Below are positions 29,821-37,492 of a DNA stretch of 64,000 bases, one piece after another. The notes beneath the pieces are model-generated. The model saw only the letters and a program-made list of their open reading frames with translations, was not told where the DNA came from and ran no database searches. The translations under genes and the position numbers were made by a program. Source of the DNA: Patescibacteria group bacterium (GTDB lineage: Bacteria; Patescibacteriota; Patescibacteriia; SG8-24; DYFX01). Numbering within the stretch: the stretch's first letter is position 1; each line of letters opens with the position of its first letter. The DNA lies in assembly GCA_030583805.1 (NCBI GenBank), contig CP129476.1, positions 1,030,657 to 1,094,656 of the forward strand, written 5' to 3'.

Positions 29821-30141
29821 TTAGAGGTGGAGGTAGACGAGAGGAAGGATGAAGGCGAGGCGCCAGTAGAACAGGAGGTTCAGGACGATTTCTGGCCAGT
29901 CGTGTCGGATGACCCACTCCGTGCCTCGCCACCTGGAGATCATTCCGCCGACGAGTGGCGTCATGCCCTCGGTGTAGAGGTAATACTCCCAGCCGAACCA
30001 GCAGGCCGCCACCGCCAGCGTGGCGATGATCGTGGCGATCGATCCGCCGATCACGCCGCAGATCACGAGGATCATGGCTGCCACGATGGCAACGAGAAGG
30101 AACAGCATGCCTTTGAGGCCGGAAACGAACAGGTCGAACAT
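29821..30141 (-). CDS. Small hypothetical membrane protein
   Basis: 106 aa, 3 predicted TM helices. Confidence 0.35.
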   Translation of the reverse strand: MFDLFVSGLKGMLFLLVAIVAAMILVICGVIGGSIATIIATLAVAACWFGWEYYLYTEGMTPLVGGMISRWRGTEWVIRHDWPEIVLNLLFYWRLAFILPLVYLHL

Positions 30142-30261
30142 GGATTCCTCCGATGGTGGTAGGACTGCGGTTTTTCAGGCTGCGTACCAGAGCGTTTGGT
30201 GACGGAAATATAGCATAAAAATGCGATTTTGTCAAGTGGTTCGGACATTTTTACCAGAAGA

Positions 30262-30291
30262 AAAACCGACCCTCTCGGGTCGGTTTTTCTC
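30262..30291. terminator. Intrinsic terminator (for lemA, minus strand)
   Basis: AAAAACCGACCCTCTCGGGTCGGTTTTTCTC. Confidence 0.55.
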
Positions 30292-30294
30292 TCG

Positions 30295-30852
30295 TTAGAA
30301 CTTCACCTCGACGTTCTTCTGCGCCTCGTCTCCGTCCGGAAGGTCGAAGAACTCGCGCTTCTTGAAGCCCAGCGACTGGGCGACCATGTTGTTCGGGAAG
30401 ACCTGCATCTTGATGTTCAGGTCGCGGGCGTTGGCGTTGTAGAAGCGGCGGGAGGCCTGGATCTTGTCTTCCGCGTCGCGCAGCTCGTGCTGCAAGTCGA
30501 GGAAGTTCTGGTTGGCCTTGAGATCCGGATAGGCTTCGGAAACCGCGAAGAGCGACTTGAGCGTGCTCGAGAGCATGTTTTCGGCCTGGGCATGCGCGCC
30601 GGGGGTCTGCGCGCCCATGGCGGCTGCGCGCGCCTGCGTGACTTTCTCGAAAACGCCGGATTCGTGCGTGGCGTAGCCCTTGACCGTGTTGACCAGGTTC
30701 GGGATCAGGTCGTAGCGGCGCTTGAGCTGAACCTCGATGTCGGACCAAGCTTCGTCCGTGCGGACGTTCAGCGTGACCAGTCCGTTGTAGATGGACCAGA
30801 GCCACAGAACCGCCAGCACCACGATGCCCAAAACGATGTACAGTGTCATCAT
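30295..30852 (-). CDS. lemA: LemA family protein
   Basis: N-terminal TM plus conserved LemA core (NGLVTL...EAWSDIEVQLKRRYDLIPNLV...PDLKANQNFLDLQ). Confidence 0.85.
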   Translation of the reverse strand: MMTLYIVLGIVVLAVLWLWSIYNGLVTLNVRTDEAWSDIEVQLKRRYDLIPNLVNTVKGYATHESGVFEKVTQARAAAMGAQTPGAHAQAENMLSSTLKSLFAVSEAYPDLKANQNFLDLQHELRDAEDKIQASRRFYNANARDLNIKMQVFPNNMVAQSLGFKKREFFDLPDGDEAQKNVEVKF

Positions 30853-30892
30853 AGTGGTACTTTTTTGAATGCGTGGTTAAGATGCTTCCAGT

Positions 30893-32242
30893 ATGGACTA
30901 TAACCCCTCGATTTTCAAGGCGTACGATATCCGCGGACTGGTCGGCAAGGATTTTGACAATGATTTTTGCGAGGCGCTTGGGCGCGCCTTCGTGGTGCAT
31001 ACGGGCGCCAAGGTGGTCGTGGCCGGGCGCGACATGCGCGGCAGCTCGCCGGGCTATTTCGCGGCGCTCACGCGCGGCATCATGAAGCAGGGCGCGGACG
31101 TGGTCGATATCGGCCTCGTTTCGACGCCGATGTTTTATTACGCCGCCGCCGAATACGACCTGCACGACGCCGGCATCATGGTGACGGCTTCGCACAACCC
31201 GTCCGAGTACAACGGCTTCAAAATGGTGCACGGCGACGCCATGCCGATCGGCAAGGGGAGCGGCATGGAAGAATTGAAAGCGCTCGTCGAGAAGAACGAT
31301 TTTCCCGACGCGCCGGAAGGCACGCTGATCGAAACCGACATCGTCGAAGAATATCTCGATCGGCTGTTCGAGCTCGTTCCGGCGGAGTCGATCAGGAATC
31401 TCACGGTTGCGGTCGACGCCGGCAACGGCATGGGCGGCGTGATCCTGCCGGAAATTTTCAAACGGCTCGAGGCCGTGAAGGTGCATCCGCTCTTTTGGGA
31501 ACCGGACGGCACGTTTCCGAACCATGAAGCGAACCCGCTCAAGACGGAAACGCTGAAGGACCTTCAAGCCAAAATCAAGGAAACGCGCGCCGACATCGGT
31601 ATCGCGCTCGACGGCGACGCCGACCGAATCGGCCTCGTCGACGAGAAGGGCGAGGTCGTTTCTGCCTCCGAAATCCTCGCCATGCTGGCGCACGTGCTGC
31701 TTCCGGGGCATACGGGCGAGGTCGCGACCTACAACGTGAGCTGCGGACGTGTCGCGCCGGAAGAGATCAAGGCGTCCGGCGGCGTGCCGCTGATGACGCC
31801 GACCGGCCACGCGCTCATCAAGCACATCATCAGCGAGCGCGACGCGATCTTCGGCGGCGAACTTTCCGGCCATTTCTATTTCCGAGACTTCGGCGGCGTC
31901 GAGAACACCGACTACGCCATGTTGCTCGTCCTGCAACTGCTCTCGCGCCAAGAAAAAACGCTTTCCGAACTCGTGGCGCCGTTCCGACGCTACGCGCATT
32001 CGGGAGAAATCAATTTCGAAGTCGACGACGCGAAGGCAAAAATGGCCGCCATTCGGGAACGCTTCGCTTCGGAAGCCGTGACGGTCACGGAAATCGACGG
32101 CTTGCGGATTGATTTTACCGATTGGTGGTTCGGCGTCCGCGCTTCGAATACCGAACCGCTGCTCCGATTGAACATCGAAGGCGCGACGCGCGAGCTCATG
32201 GAGGCGAAGAAGGCCGAGCTGATCGCCGTCATCCAGGAATAA
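30893..32242 (+). CDS. Phosphomannomutase/phosphoglucomutase family (alpha-D-phosphohexomutase)
   Basis: Active-site TASHNP, metal-binding DGDADR, sugar-binding GELSGH motifs. Confidence 0.85.
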   Translation: MDYNPSIFKAYDIRGLVGKDFDNDFCEALGRAFVVHTGAKVVVAGRDMRGSSPGYFAALTRGIMKQGADVVDIGLVSTPMFYYAAAEYDLHDAGIMVTASHNPSEYNGFKMVHGDAMPIGKGSGMEELKALVEKNDFPDAPEGTLIETDIVEEYLDRLFELVPAESIRNLTVAVDAGNGMGGVILPEIFKRLEAVKVHPLFWEPDGTFPNHEANPLKTETLKDLQAKIKETRADIGIALDGDADRIGLVDEKGEVVSASEILAMLAHVLLPGHTGEVATYNVSCGRVAPEEIKASGGVPLMTPTGHALIKHIISERDAIFGGELSGHFYFRDFGGVENTDYAMLLVLQLLSRQEKTLSELVAPFRRYAHSGEINFEVDDAKAKMAAIRERFASEAVTVTEIDGLRIDFTDWWFGVRASNTEPLLRLNIEGATRELMEAKKAELIAVIQE

Positions 32243-32338
32243 TCCGAGACCTCCGGACTGTGGACAGCCCGGAGGTCTTGTATTTCTGGGGACGCGTTGT
32301 AGTATTGCGCTTGCGCAATCTGCGCGAGGGGGACTGCG

Positions 32339-33052
32339 ATGGCACGCGACAAGTACGCACACGGCGTGTTCTATCCCGACGTCGAGCTGATCTGCTTCGA
32401 CGGCGACGGCACGCTCTGGAACACGGAAGAAGATCTGCTGTTTCCGGTTCATACGGAGATGCTCGCCGCGCGCGGCCATGTACTGACGGAAGAGCAGTAT
32501 CGCCGCGTCATCGGTCGCAGGGCGATCGAAGCCGCTTCTATCATGGTCGCGACGTTCGGGCTGGACGACACGCCCGAGGCGTACATGCAAGAACGGCGCG
32601 AGCGCGCCAACGGGCGCCTCGCCTCGATCGGCCTCATGCCCGGCGTGCAGGTGCTGCTCGACAGGCTCGTGCCCTGCGGCGCTTCGCTCGCCATCGTGAG
32701 TGCCGCCCAAGAAGCGCACATCACGGCGATCGCCGAGGCGCGCGACATCCGACGATACTTCAAGCTCGTCGTTTCGGAAGAAACGACGGGGGTGGAGCGC
32801 ACGAAGCCGCGCCCTGATCCCTATCTCTTCGCCGCCAGGCACTTCGGAGCGAAGGCTCACAAGTGCGTGGCCTTCGAGGATACGGCGCACGGCGCCGTCT
32901 CCGCCCGCGACGCGGGCATGAGGGTCGTCGGCGTGCCGCACCGCTTCTCGCCGCGCGAAGACCTCCTCAAGGTCTGTCACTACGTCTTGCCCGAGGGGCA
33001 GACGCTCGGCGACTTCGATCTCCGCCATATCGCTCGATTTCTCCCGCAATAA
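32339..33052 (+). CDS. HAD-IA family hydrolase (beta-phosphoglucomutase-like)
   Basis: Motif I FDGDGTL; motifs II-IV present. Adjacent to the phosphohexomutase gene. Confidence 0.7.
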   Translation: MARDKYAHGVFYPDVELICFDGDGTLWNTEEDLLFPVHTEMLAARGHVLTEEQYRRVIGRRAIEAASIMVATFGLDDTPEAYMQERRERANGRLASIGLMPGVQVLLDRLVPCGASLAIVSAAQEAHITAIAEARDIRRYFKLVVSEETTGVERTKPRPDPYLFAARHFGAKAHKCVAFEDTAHGAVSARDAGMRVVGVPHRFSPREDLLKVCHYVLPEGQTLGDFDLRHIARFLPQ

Positions 33053-33149
33053 TCCCGCGTCATCCGGCGCAGGATGCGGGAGTTTTTCATTTTTAAAAAA
33101 ACTCCCCGGCGAGGGAGTTGTCAGAATTCGATGTCGGGCGGCATGTGGT

Positions 33150-33461
33150 CTACCTCTTCTTCCGGCGTCGCGTGCGCACGGCTCGCTTCTTGCGGTCGAG
33201 GAACTTCTCGAGCCGATCGAGCGCCTCCTCGAGCAAAGTTGTCCGATCGGATGGCGCGTTGCTGTCCGCGACGAGCTGGAGATCCGCGAACTGTTCGAAC
33301 GTGAATGCGGAGAGCGGGAGCGGCTTCAGCCGCTCTTCCATCTTGTCGCGTCGGTCGTAGAGACGATCGCGCTCCGCACGCGAAGCTTCGAGATATCCAT
33401 CCATCGGATGACTCATGTCGTTCTCCTCCGCAAGCGCGCGCTTGCGGTACGAGGCTGCCAT
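33150..33461 (-). CDS. Hypothetical small basic protein
   Basis: ORF with basic C-terminal tail; convergent terminators at 33057-33125. Confidence 0.3.
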   Translation of the reverse strand: MAASYRKRALAEENDMSHPMDGYLEASRAERDRLYDRRDKMEERLKPLPLSAFTFEQFADLQLVADSNAPSDRTTLLEEALDRLEKFLDRKKRAVRTRRRKKR

Positions 33462-33482
33462 GAATTAGGCTACACTGTCAAT

Positions 33483-34277
33483 ATGATCGGCCTCTTTGAT
33501 TCCGGCATCGGCGGGCTCACTGTCGTCCGCGCGCTCCGCGCCGCGCGGCCGGAGTTGTCGTACGTCTATTTGGGCGACACGGCACGGACGCCCTACGGCC
33601 CGAAAAGCCCGGAAACGATCCGTCGCTACTCCGAAGAAGCCGTCGATTTTTTGAAAGCGAAAGGCGCCAAAGCGATCATCATCGCCTGCAACACCGCGTC
33701 GTCGCTGGCGGCGGACCATCTCCGCGCGACGTATCCGGAACTCCCGATCTTCGACGTCGTCGGGCCGGCCGTGCGCATGGCCGCGCGCGTTTCCGCCAAG
33801 AAAAACATCGGCCTGATCGCCACCCGCGCGACCGTCGCGAGCGGCGTGTACGAACGTCGTCTCAAAGAGATTGATTCCGCGATTGAGATTGTCGCCCGCC
33901 CGGCGCCGCTCCTCGTTTCGCTGGTGGAAGAAGGCTGGATCGATCAGCCGGAAACGGAAACGATCGTCGGAAAATATCTCGCGCCGATCCGCGAGGCGGA
34001 CGTCGACGCGCTCATCCTCGGCTGCACGCACTATCCGATTTTGAAAGACGCGATCGCCCGCGCGATGGGGGAGGGTGTGAAACTCGTCGACTCGGCCGAA
34101 GCCGTCGTGGCCGAGTTCTGTGCTACACTTGAAAGAGATGCGGCCCTTGCCGCGTCTCTTGCAAAAGACGGTCGCGCTTCGTATTTCACGACCGATCCCA
34201 CGCCCGCGTTTTCCGAGCTCGGCGCCCGCTGGCTCGGCGCCGAAATCGTCGTTTCTCACGCCACTCTTTCCGCATAA
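33483..34277 (+). CDS. murI: Glutamate racemase MurI
   Basis: IGLFDSGIGGLTV and IIACNTAS active-site motifs; start placed at the conserved MIGLFDSG. Confidence 0.85.
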   Translation: MIGLFDSGIGGLTVVRALRAARPELSYVYLGDTARTPYGPKSPETIRRYSEEAVDFLKAKGAKAIIIACNTASSLAADHLRATYPELPIFDVVGPAVRMAARVSAKKNIGLIATRATVASGVYERRLKEIDSAIEIVARPAPLLVSLVEEGWIDQPETETIVGKYLAPIREADVDALILGCTHYPILKDAIARAMGEGVKLVDSAEAVVAEFCATLERDAALAASLAKDGRASYFTTDPTPAFSELGARWLGAEIVVSHATLSA

Positions 34278-34279
34278 TC

Positions 34280-35410
34280 ATGGAAACCCTTCTCGTGCAC
34301 GGCTCGACCGTGCTGCTCTTCATCATCGTTCTCGCCGTCCTCGTGCTCGTGCATGAGCTCGGCCATTTTTTGACCGCGCGCTGGTTCGGCATCGACGTTG
34401 AAGAATTCGGTTTCGGCTTCCCGCCGCGCGTTTTCGGCGTCAAAAAGGGAAAAACGCTCTACACGCTGAACTGGATTCCGCTCGGCGGCTTCGTGAAAAT
34501 CAAAGGCGAGGACGACCCGACCGCCCACGGCCCCGGCACGTTTGCGCACAAACCCGCTTGGATCCGCGCGATCGTGATCGGCGCCGGCGTCTTCATGAAC
34601 CTCGTGCTGGCTTCGCTGCTTTTCGCGATCGGCCTCACGATCGGCATGCCGACGGCCGTCGAGAGCTTGCCGGAGAACGCGCGCGTCCGCGACCGCCAGG
34701 TGCAAATCGTCCAGGTGCTGGAAGGCACGCCGGCCGAACAAGCGGGATTCATGCCGGGCGACACGATCGTTTCGATCAACGGCCAAACCTTCACCGAAAT
34801 CGAAGACGTCCAGGCGCTCATCAACGAAGCCGAGCCGCCCGTTGCCGTCGAAATCCGCCGCGGCAAGAAAACGTTCACGCAAGAGCTCGCACCCGCGCTC
34901 GATCCGGGACTCGGCAAGCGCGTCATGGGCGTCGCTTTGGTTGAAGCGGCGACCGTTTCGTACCCTTGGTACATTGCGATCGTCAAAGGCGTGCAGACCA
35001 CCGGCTTCTATCTGAAAGAAATCCTGCTCTCCTTCGCCGACCTGTTCAAAGGCCTGTTCGTCGGACAAAAATCCGACGTCGAATTCTCCGGACCCGTCGG
35101 CATCGCGGTCCTCACCGGCCGCGCCGCGCGCCTCGGCTTCACCTACCTCCTGCAATTCGCGGCGCTGCTCTCGATCAACCTCGCCGTCATCAACGTCCTG
35201 CCGATCCCGGCGCTCGACGGCGGACGCCTCCTCTTCATCATCATCGAAAAATTCCGCGGCCGCGCCGTCCGCCCGGTCGTCGAAGCCGTCATCCACCGCA
35301 TCGCGTTCTTCCTGCTGCTCGGCCTCATCGTCATCGTCACGGCCCACGACCTCGGGCGCTACGGCAATCAGATTTTGAAAGCGTTGGGGAGTTTGATCGG
35401 GGTGAGTTGA
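34280..35410 (+). CDS. rseP: RIP site-2 metalloprotease RseP (M50) with PDZ domain
   Basis: HELGHF zinc motif in TM1, PDZ domain, C-terminal LDGG motif. Confidence 0.85.
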   Translation: METLLVHGSTVLLFIIVLAVLVLVHELGHFLTARWFGIDVEEFGFGFPPRVFGVKKGKTLYTLNWIPLGGFVKIKGEDDPTAHGPGTFAHKPAWIRAIVIGAGVFMNLVLASLLFAIGLTIGMPTAVESLPENARVRDRQVQIVQVLEGTPAEQAGFMPGDTIVSINGQTFTEIEDVQALINEAEPPVAVEIRRGKKTFTQELAPALDPGLGKRVMGVALVEAATVSYPWYIAIVKGVQTTGFYLKEILLSFADLFKGLFVGQKSDVEFSGPVGIAVLTGRAARLGFTYLLQFAALLSINLAVINVLPIPALDGGRLLFIIIEKFRGRAVRPVVEAVIHRIAFFLLLGLIVIVTAHDLGRYGNQILKALGSLIGVS

Positions 35411-35417
35411 ACATTTT

Positions 35418-35651
35418 ATGAACAAGCGCGGGATGGTCGCGGCCCTCATCGTAGGAATACTGATTGGATACTTCGCTCATCAGGATAAAAATGACGAGCT
35501 AAGTTACGGTTCAACAGGGCTTCCAAAAAACTGCCGAGCGATCATAAAGGCGAACATCGACGCGTATTACAATGACGAGTACTCGGCGGAAGAAATTATC
35601 AGCTCAATCAATCGAAATTGCGGAGAATTCGGTTACTCATGGAGTGAATAA
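35418..35651 (+). CDS. Small hypothetical protein with N-terminal TM; low-GC
   Basis: 77 aa ORF, markedly lower GC than surroundings. Confidence 0.3.
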   Translation: MNKRGMVAALIVGILIGYFAHQDKNDELSYGSTGLPKNCRAIIKANIDAYYNDEYSAEEIISSINRNCGEFGYSWSE

Positions 35652-35655
35652 TTTC

Positions 35656-35684
35656 ACCACCCCGGCGGAGGCCGGGGCCCAGCC
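35656..35684. repeat. 29-bp inverted repeat (left), itself a 7-bp-stem hairpin
   Basis: ACCACCCCGGCGGAGGCCGGGGCCCAGCC; reverse complement matches 35976-36004 at 28/29. Confidence 0.7.
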
Positions 35685-35685
35685 T

Positions 35686-35964
35686 TCAAAGGTCGTCATA
35701 CAAATCCCGCCAGGCGGGATTTTTCGATTCGATAAGATGCAGCTTCCAAATACGATTCCATTCCTTCATTCGTTTTTCACGCTGCAAAGCTGCTTCGAAA
35801 TCCTCAATTGCTTCATAGTAAACTAGTGTTTTTACACCGTACCGTTTCGTAAAACCCTCGACGATTCCTTCCTTGTGTTCATGAATGCGTTTCTTCAAAT
35901 CCGAAGTCTGTCCAATATAGATCGTGCCGTTTTTCTTGCTTGCGAGAATATAAACGTAATACAT
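35686..35964 (-). CDS. GIY-YIG nuclease family protein (low-GC)
   Basis: YYVYILASKKNGTIYIGQTSDL...R...E motif; 92 aa; ~43% GC. Confidence 0.85.
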   Translation of the reverse strand: MYYVYILASKKNGTIYIGQTSDLKKRIHEHKEGIVEGFTKRYGVKTLVYYEAIEDFEAALQREKRMKEWNRIWKLHLIESKNPAWRDLYDDL

Positions 35965-35975
35965 GGGACATCAGG

Positions 35976-36004
35976 GGCTGGACCCCGGCCTCCGCCGGGG
36001 TGGT
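35976..36004. repeat. 29-bp inverted repeat (right)
   Basis: GGCTGGACCCCGGCCTCCGCCGGGGTGGT. Confidence 0.7.
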
Positions 36005-36093
36005 AAGTGAGGGAAACTGCTTGGAATACCGCACAACAACCATTGATAAGGCAAGAAGGTGACAAAATCAGGTATTTCCCTTAAAGTACGGAT

Positions 36094-37152
36094 ATGAAAG
36101 AGCAGTTTGAACGGCTTCAGACCGAAGCCTCCGCCGCCTTCGCGGCAGCTAAAGATGCGGCTGAACTTGAAGCCGCGGAAATCAAATATCTCGGACGCAA
36201 GGGCGAAATGGCCTCCCTCATGCAAGGGATGGCTGGTTTGCCTTCGCATGAGCGCCCCGCGATGGGCAAGCTCGCCAACGAGGTGAAGATCGCGATCGAC
36301 CGCGCGCTCGCCGAACGCAAGAAGGAGCTCGAAGCCGAAAAGCTCGGCAAGCTCGCCACCGAAGAGTGGATCGATCTCACGGCGCCCGGCACGCGCCCGC
36401 CCGAAGGCCATCTCCATCTCGTGACCGACGCCATCGCGACCGTCACCGATATTTTTACGCGCCTCGGTTTTACGCGCGTGCGCTATCCGGAAGTCGAGTG
36501 GGATTGGTACGCCTTCGAAGCGCTCAACATGCCGAAGGACCACCCCGCGCGCGACGAATGGGAAACATTCTTCATCGACGCGCCCGAGCATCCGAAGCTC
36601 GGCAAAATGGTGCTCACCCCGCACACCTCGTCCGGCCAGGTGCGCGAAATGCAGAAAGGCGTCCTGCCGATCCGCATGATCAACATTTCGAAAACGTACC
36701 GCCGCCAAATCACGCAGCGTCATCTCCCGATGTTCCACCAGTTCGAGGGAATGATGATCGACAAGGACGTTTCCGTCACGCACCTCAAGGGCGTCCTCGA
36801 CCACTTCGCGCGGGAATTCTTCGGACCGACCCGGAAGACGCGCTTGCGCCCCTACCACTTCCAGTTCACCGAACCGTCGTTCGAAATCGACGTCACCTGC
36901 GACGTCTGCGGCGGCACCGGCCAGTACGGCAACGCCAAGTGCAAGCTCTGCAAGGAAGGTTGGCTCGAGCTCGGCGGCGCCGGCATGATCCACCCGAACG
37001 TCCTCAAGGCCGGCGGCGTCGATCCGGAGAAGTGGAGCGGCTTCGCCTTCGGCTGGGGCGTCGAGCGCACGATGATGATGCGCGAAGGCCTGAAGCTCGA
37101 CGACATCCGCCATCTTTATAAGAACGATTTCCGCTTCTTGCGGCAGTTCTAG
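36094..37152 (+). CDS. pheS: Phenylalanine--tRNA ligase alpha subunit, with Cys4 zinc-ribbon insertion
   Basis: Class II aaRS motifs (FRPYHFQFTEPSFEID, GWGVERTMMM); inserted CDVCGGTGQYGNAKCKLC. Confidence 0.9.
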   Translation: MKEQFERLQTEASAAFAAAKDAAELEAAEIKYLGRKGEMASLMQGMAGLPSHERPAMGKLANEVKIAIDRALAERKKELEAEKLGKLATEEWIDLTAPGTRPPEGHLHLVTDAIATVTDIFTRLGFTRVRYPEVEWDWYAFEALNMPKDHPARDEWETFFIDAPEHPKLGKMVLTPHTSSGQVREMQKGVLPIRMINISKTYRRQITQRHLPMFHQFEGMMIDKDVSVTHLKGVLDHFAREFFGPTRKTRLRPYHFQFTEPSFEIDVTCDVCGGTGQYGNAKCKLCKEGWLELGGAGMIHPNVLKAGGVDPEKWSGFAFGWGVERTMMMREGLKLDDIRHLYKNDFRFLRQF

Positions 37153-37155
37153 CCT

Positions 37156-37491
37156 ATGCATCCTGTTCTCAGCGTTTTCATCGCCCAGCTCTTCTTCACC
37201 ACGGCCGACGCCTTGCAGAAGTTTATTCTGAAAGGCCGCGGCTTTTCCTTCCAAACGCTGACAAACATCAAGTTCCTGCTCACGATCCCGGTCGCCGGCA
37301 TCGGCTTCGTCTTCCTGATGTACGCGCTGTCCAAGATGGACATCTCGCGCACGATCATTCTCCTGTCCGTCTTCGGCGTCGTCATGGCCGCCATCGCGGG
37401 CGTGGTTGTCTTCAAGGACGTCCTGCATCTCAAAAACTACGTCGGCATCCTCTTCGCGATCGCCGCCATCATTCTGGTGCACTCGAAATAG
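37156..37491 (+). CDS. Small DMT/SMR-like membrane protein
   Basis: 111 aa, 4 TM helices, EamA-like pattern. Confidence 0.4.
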   Translation: MHPVLSVFIAQLFFTTADALQKFILKGRGFSFQTLTNIKFLLTIPVAGIGFVFLMYALSKMDISRTIILLSVFGVVMAAIAGVVVFKDVLHLKNYVGILFAIAAIILVHSK

Positions 37492-37492
37492 C

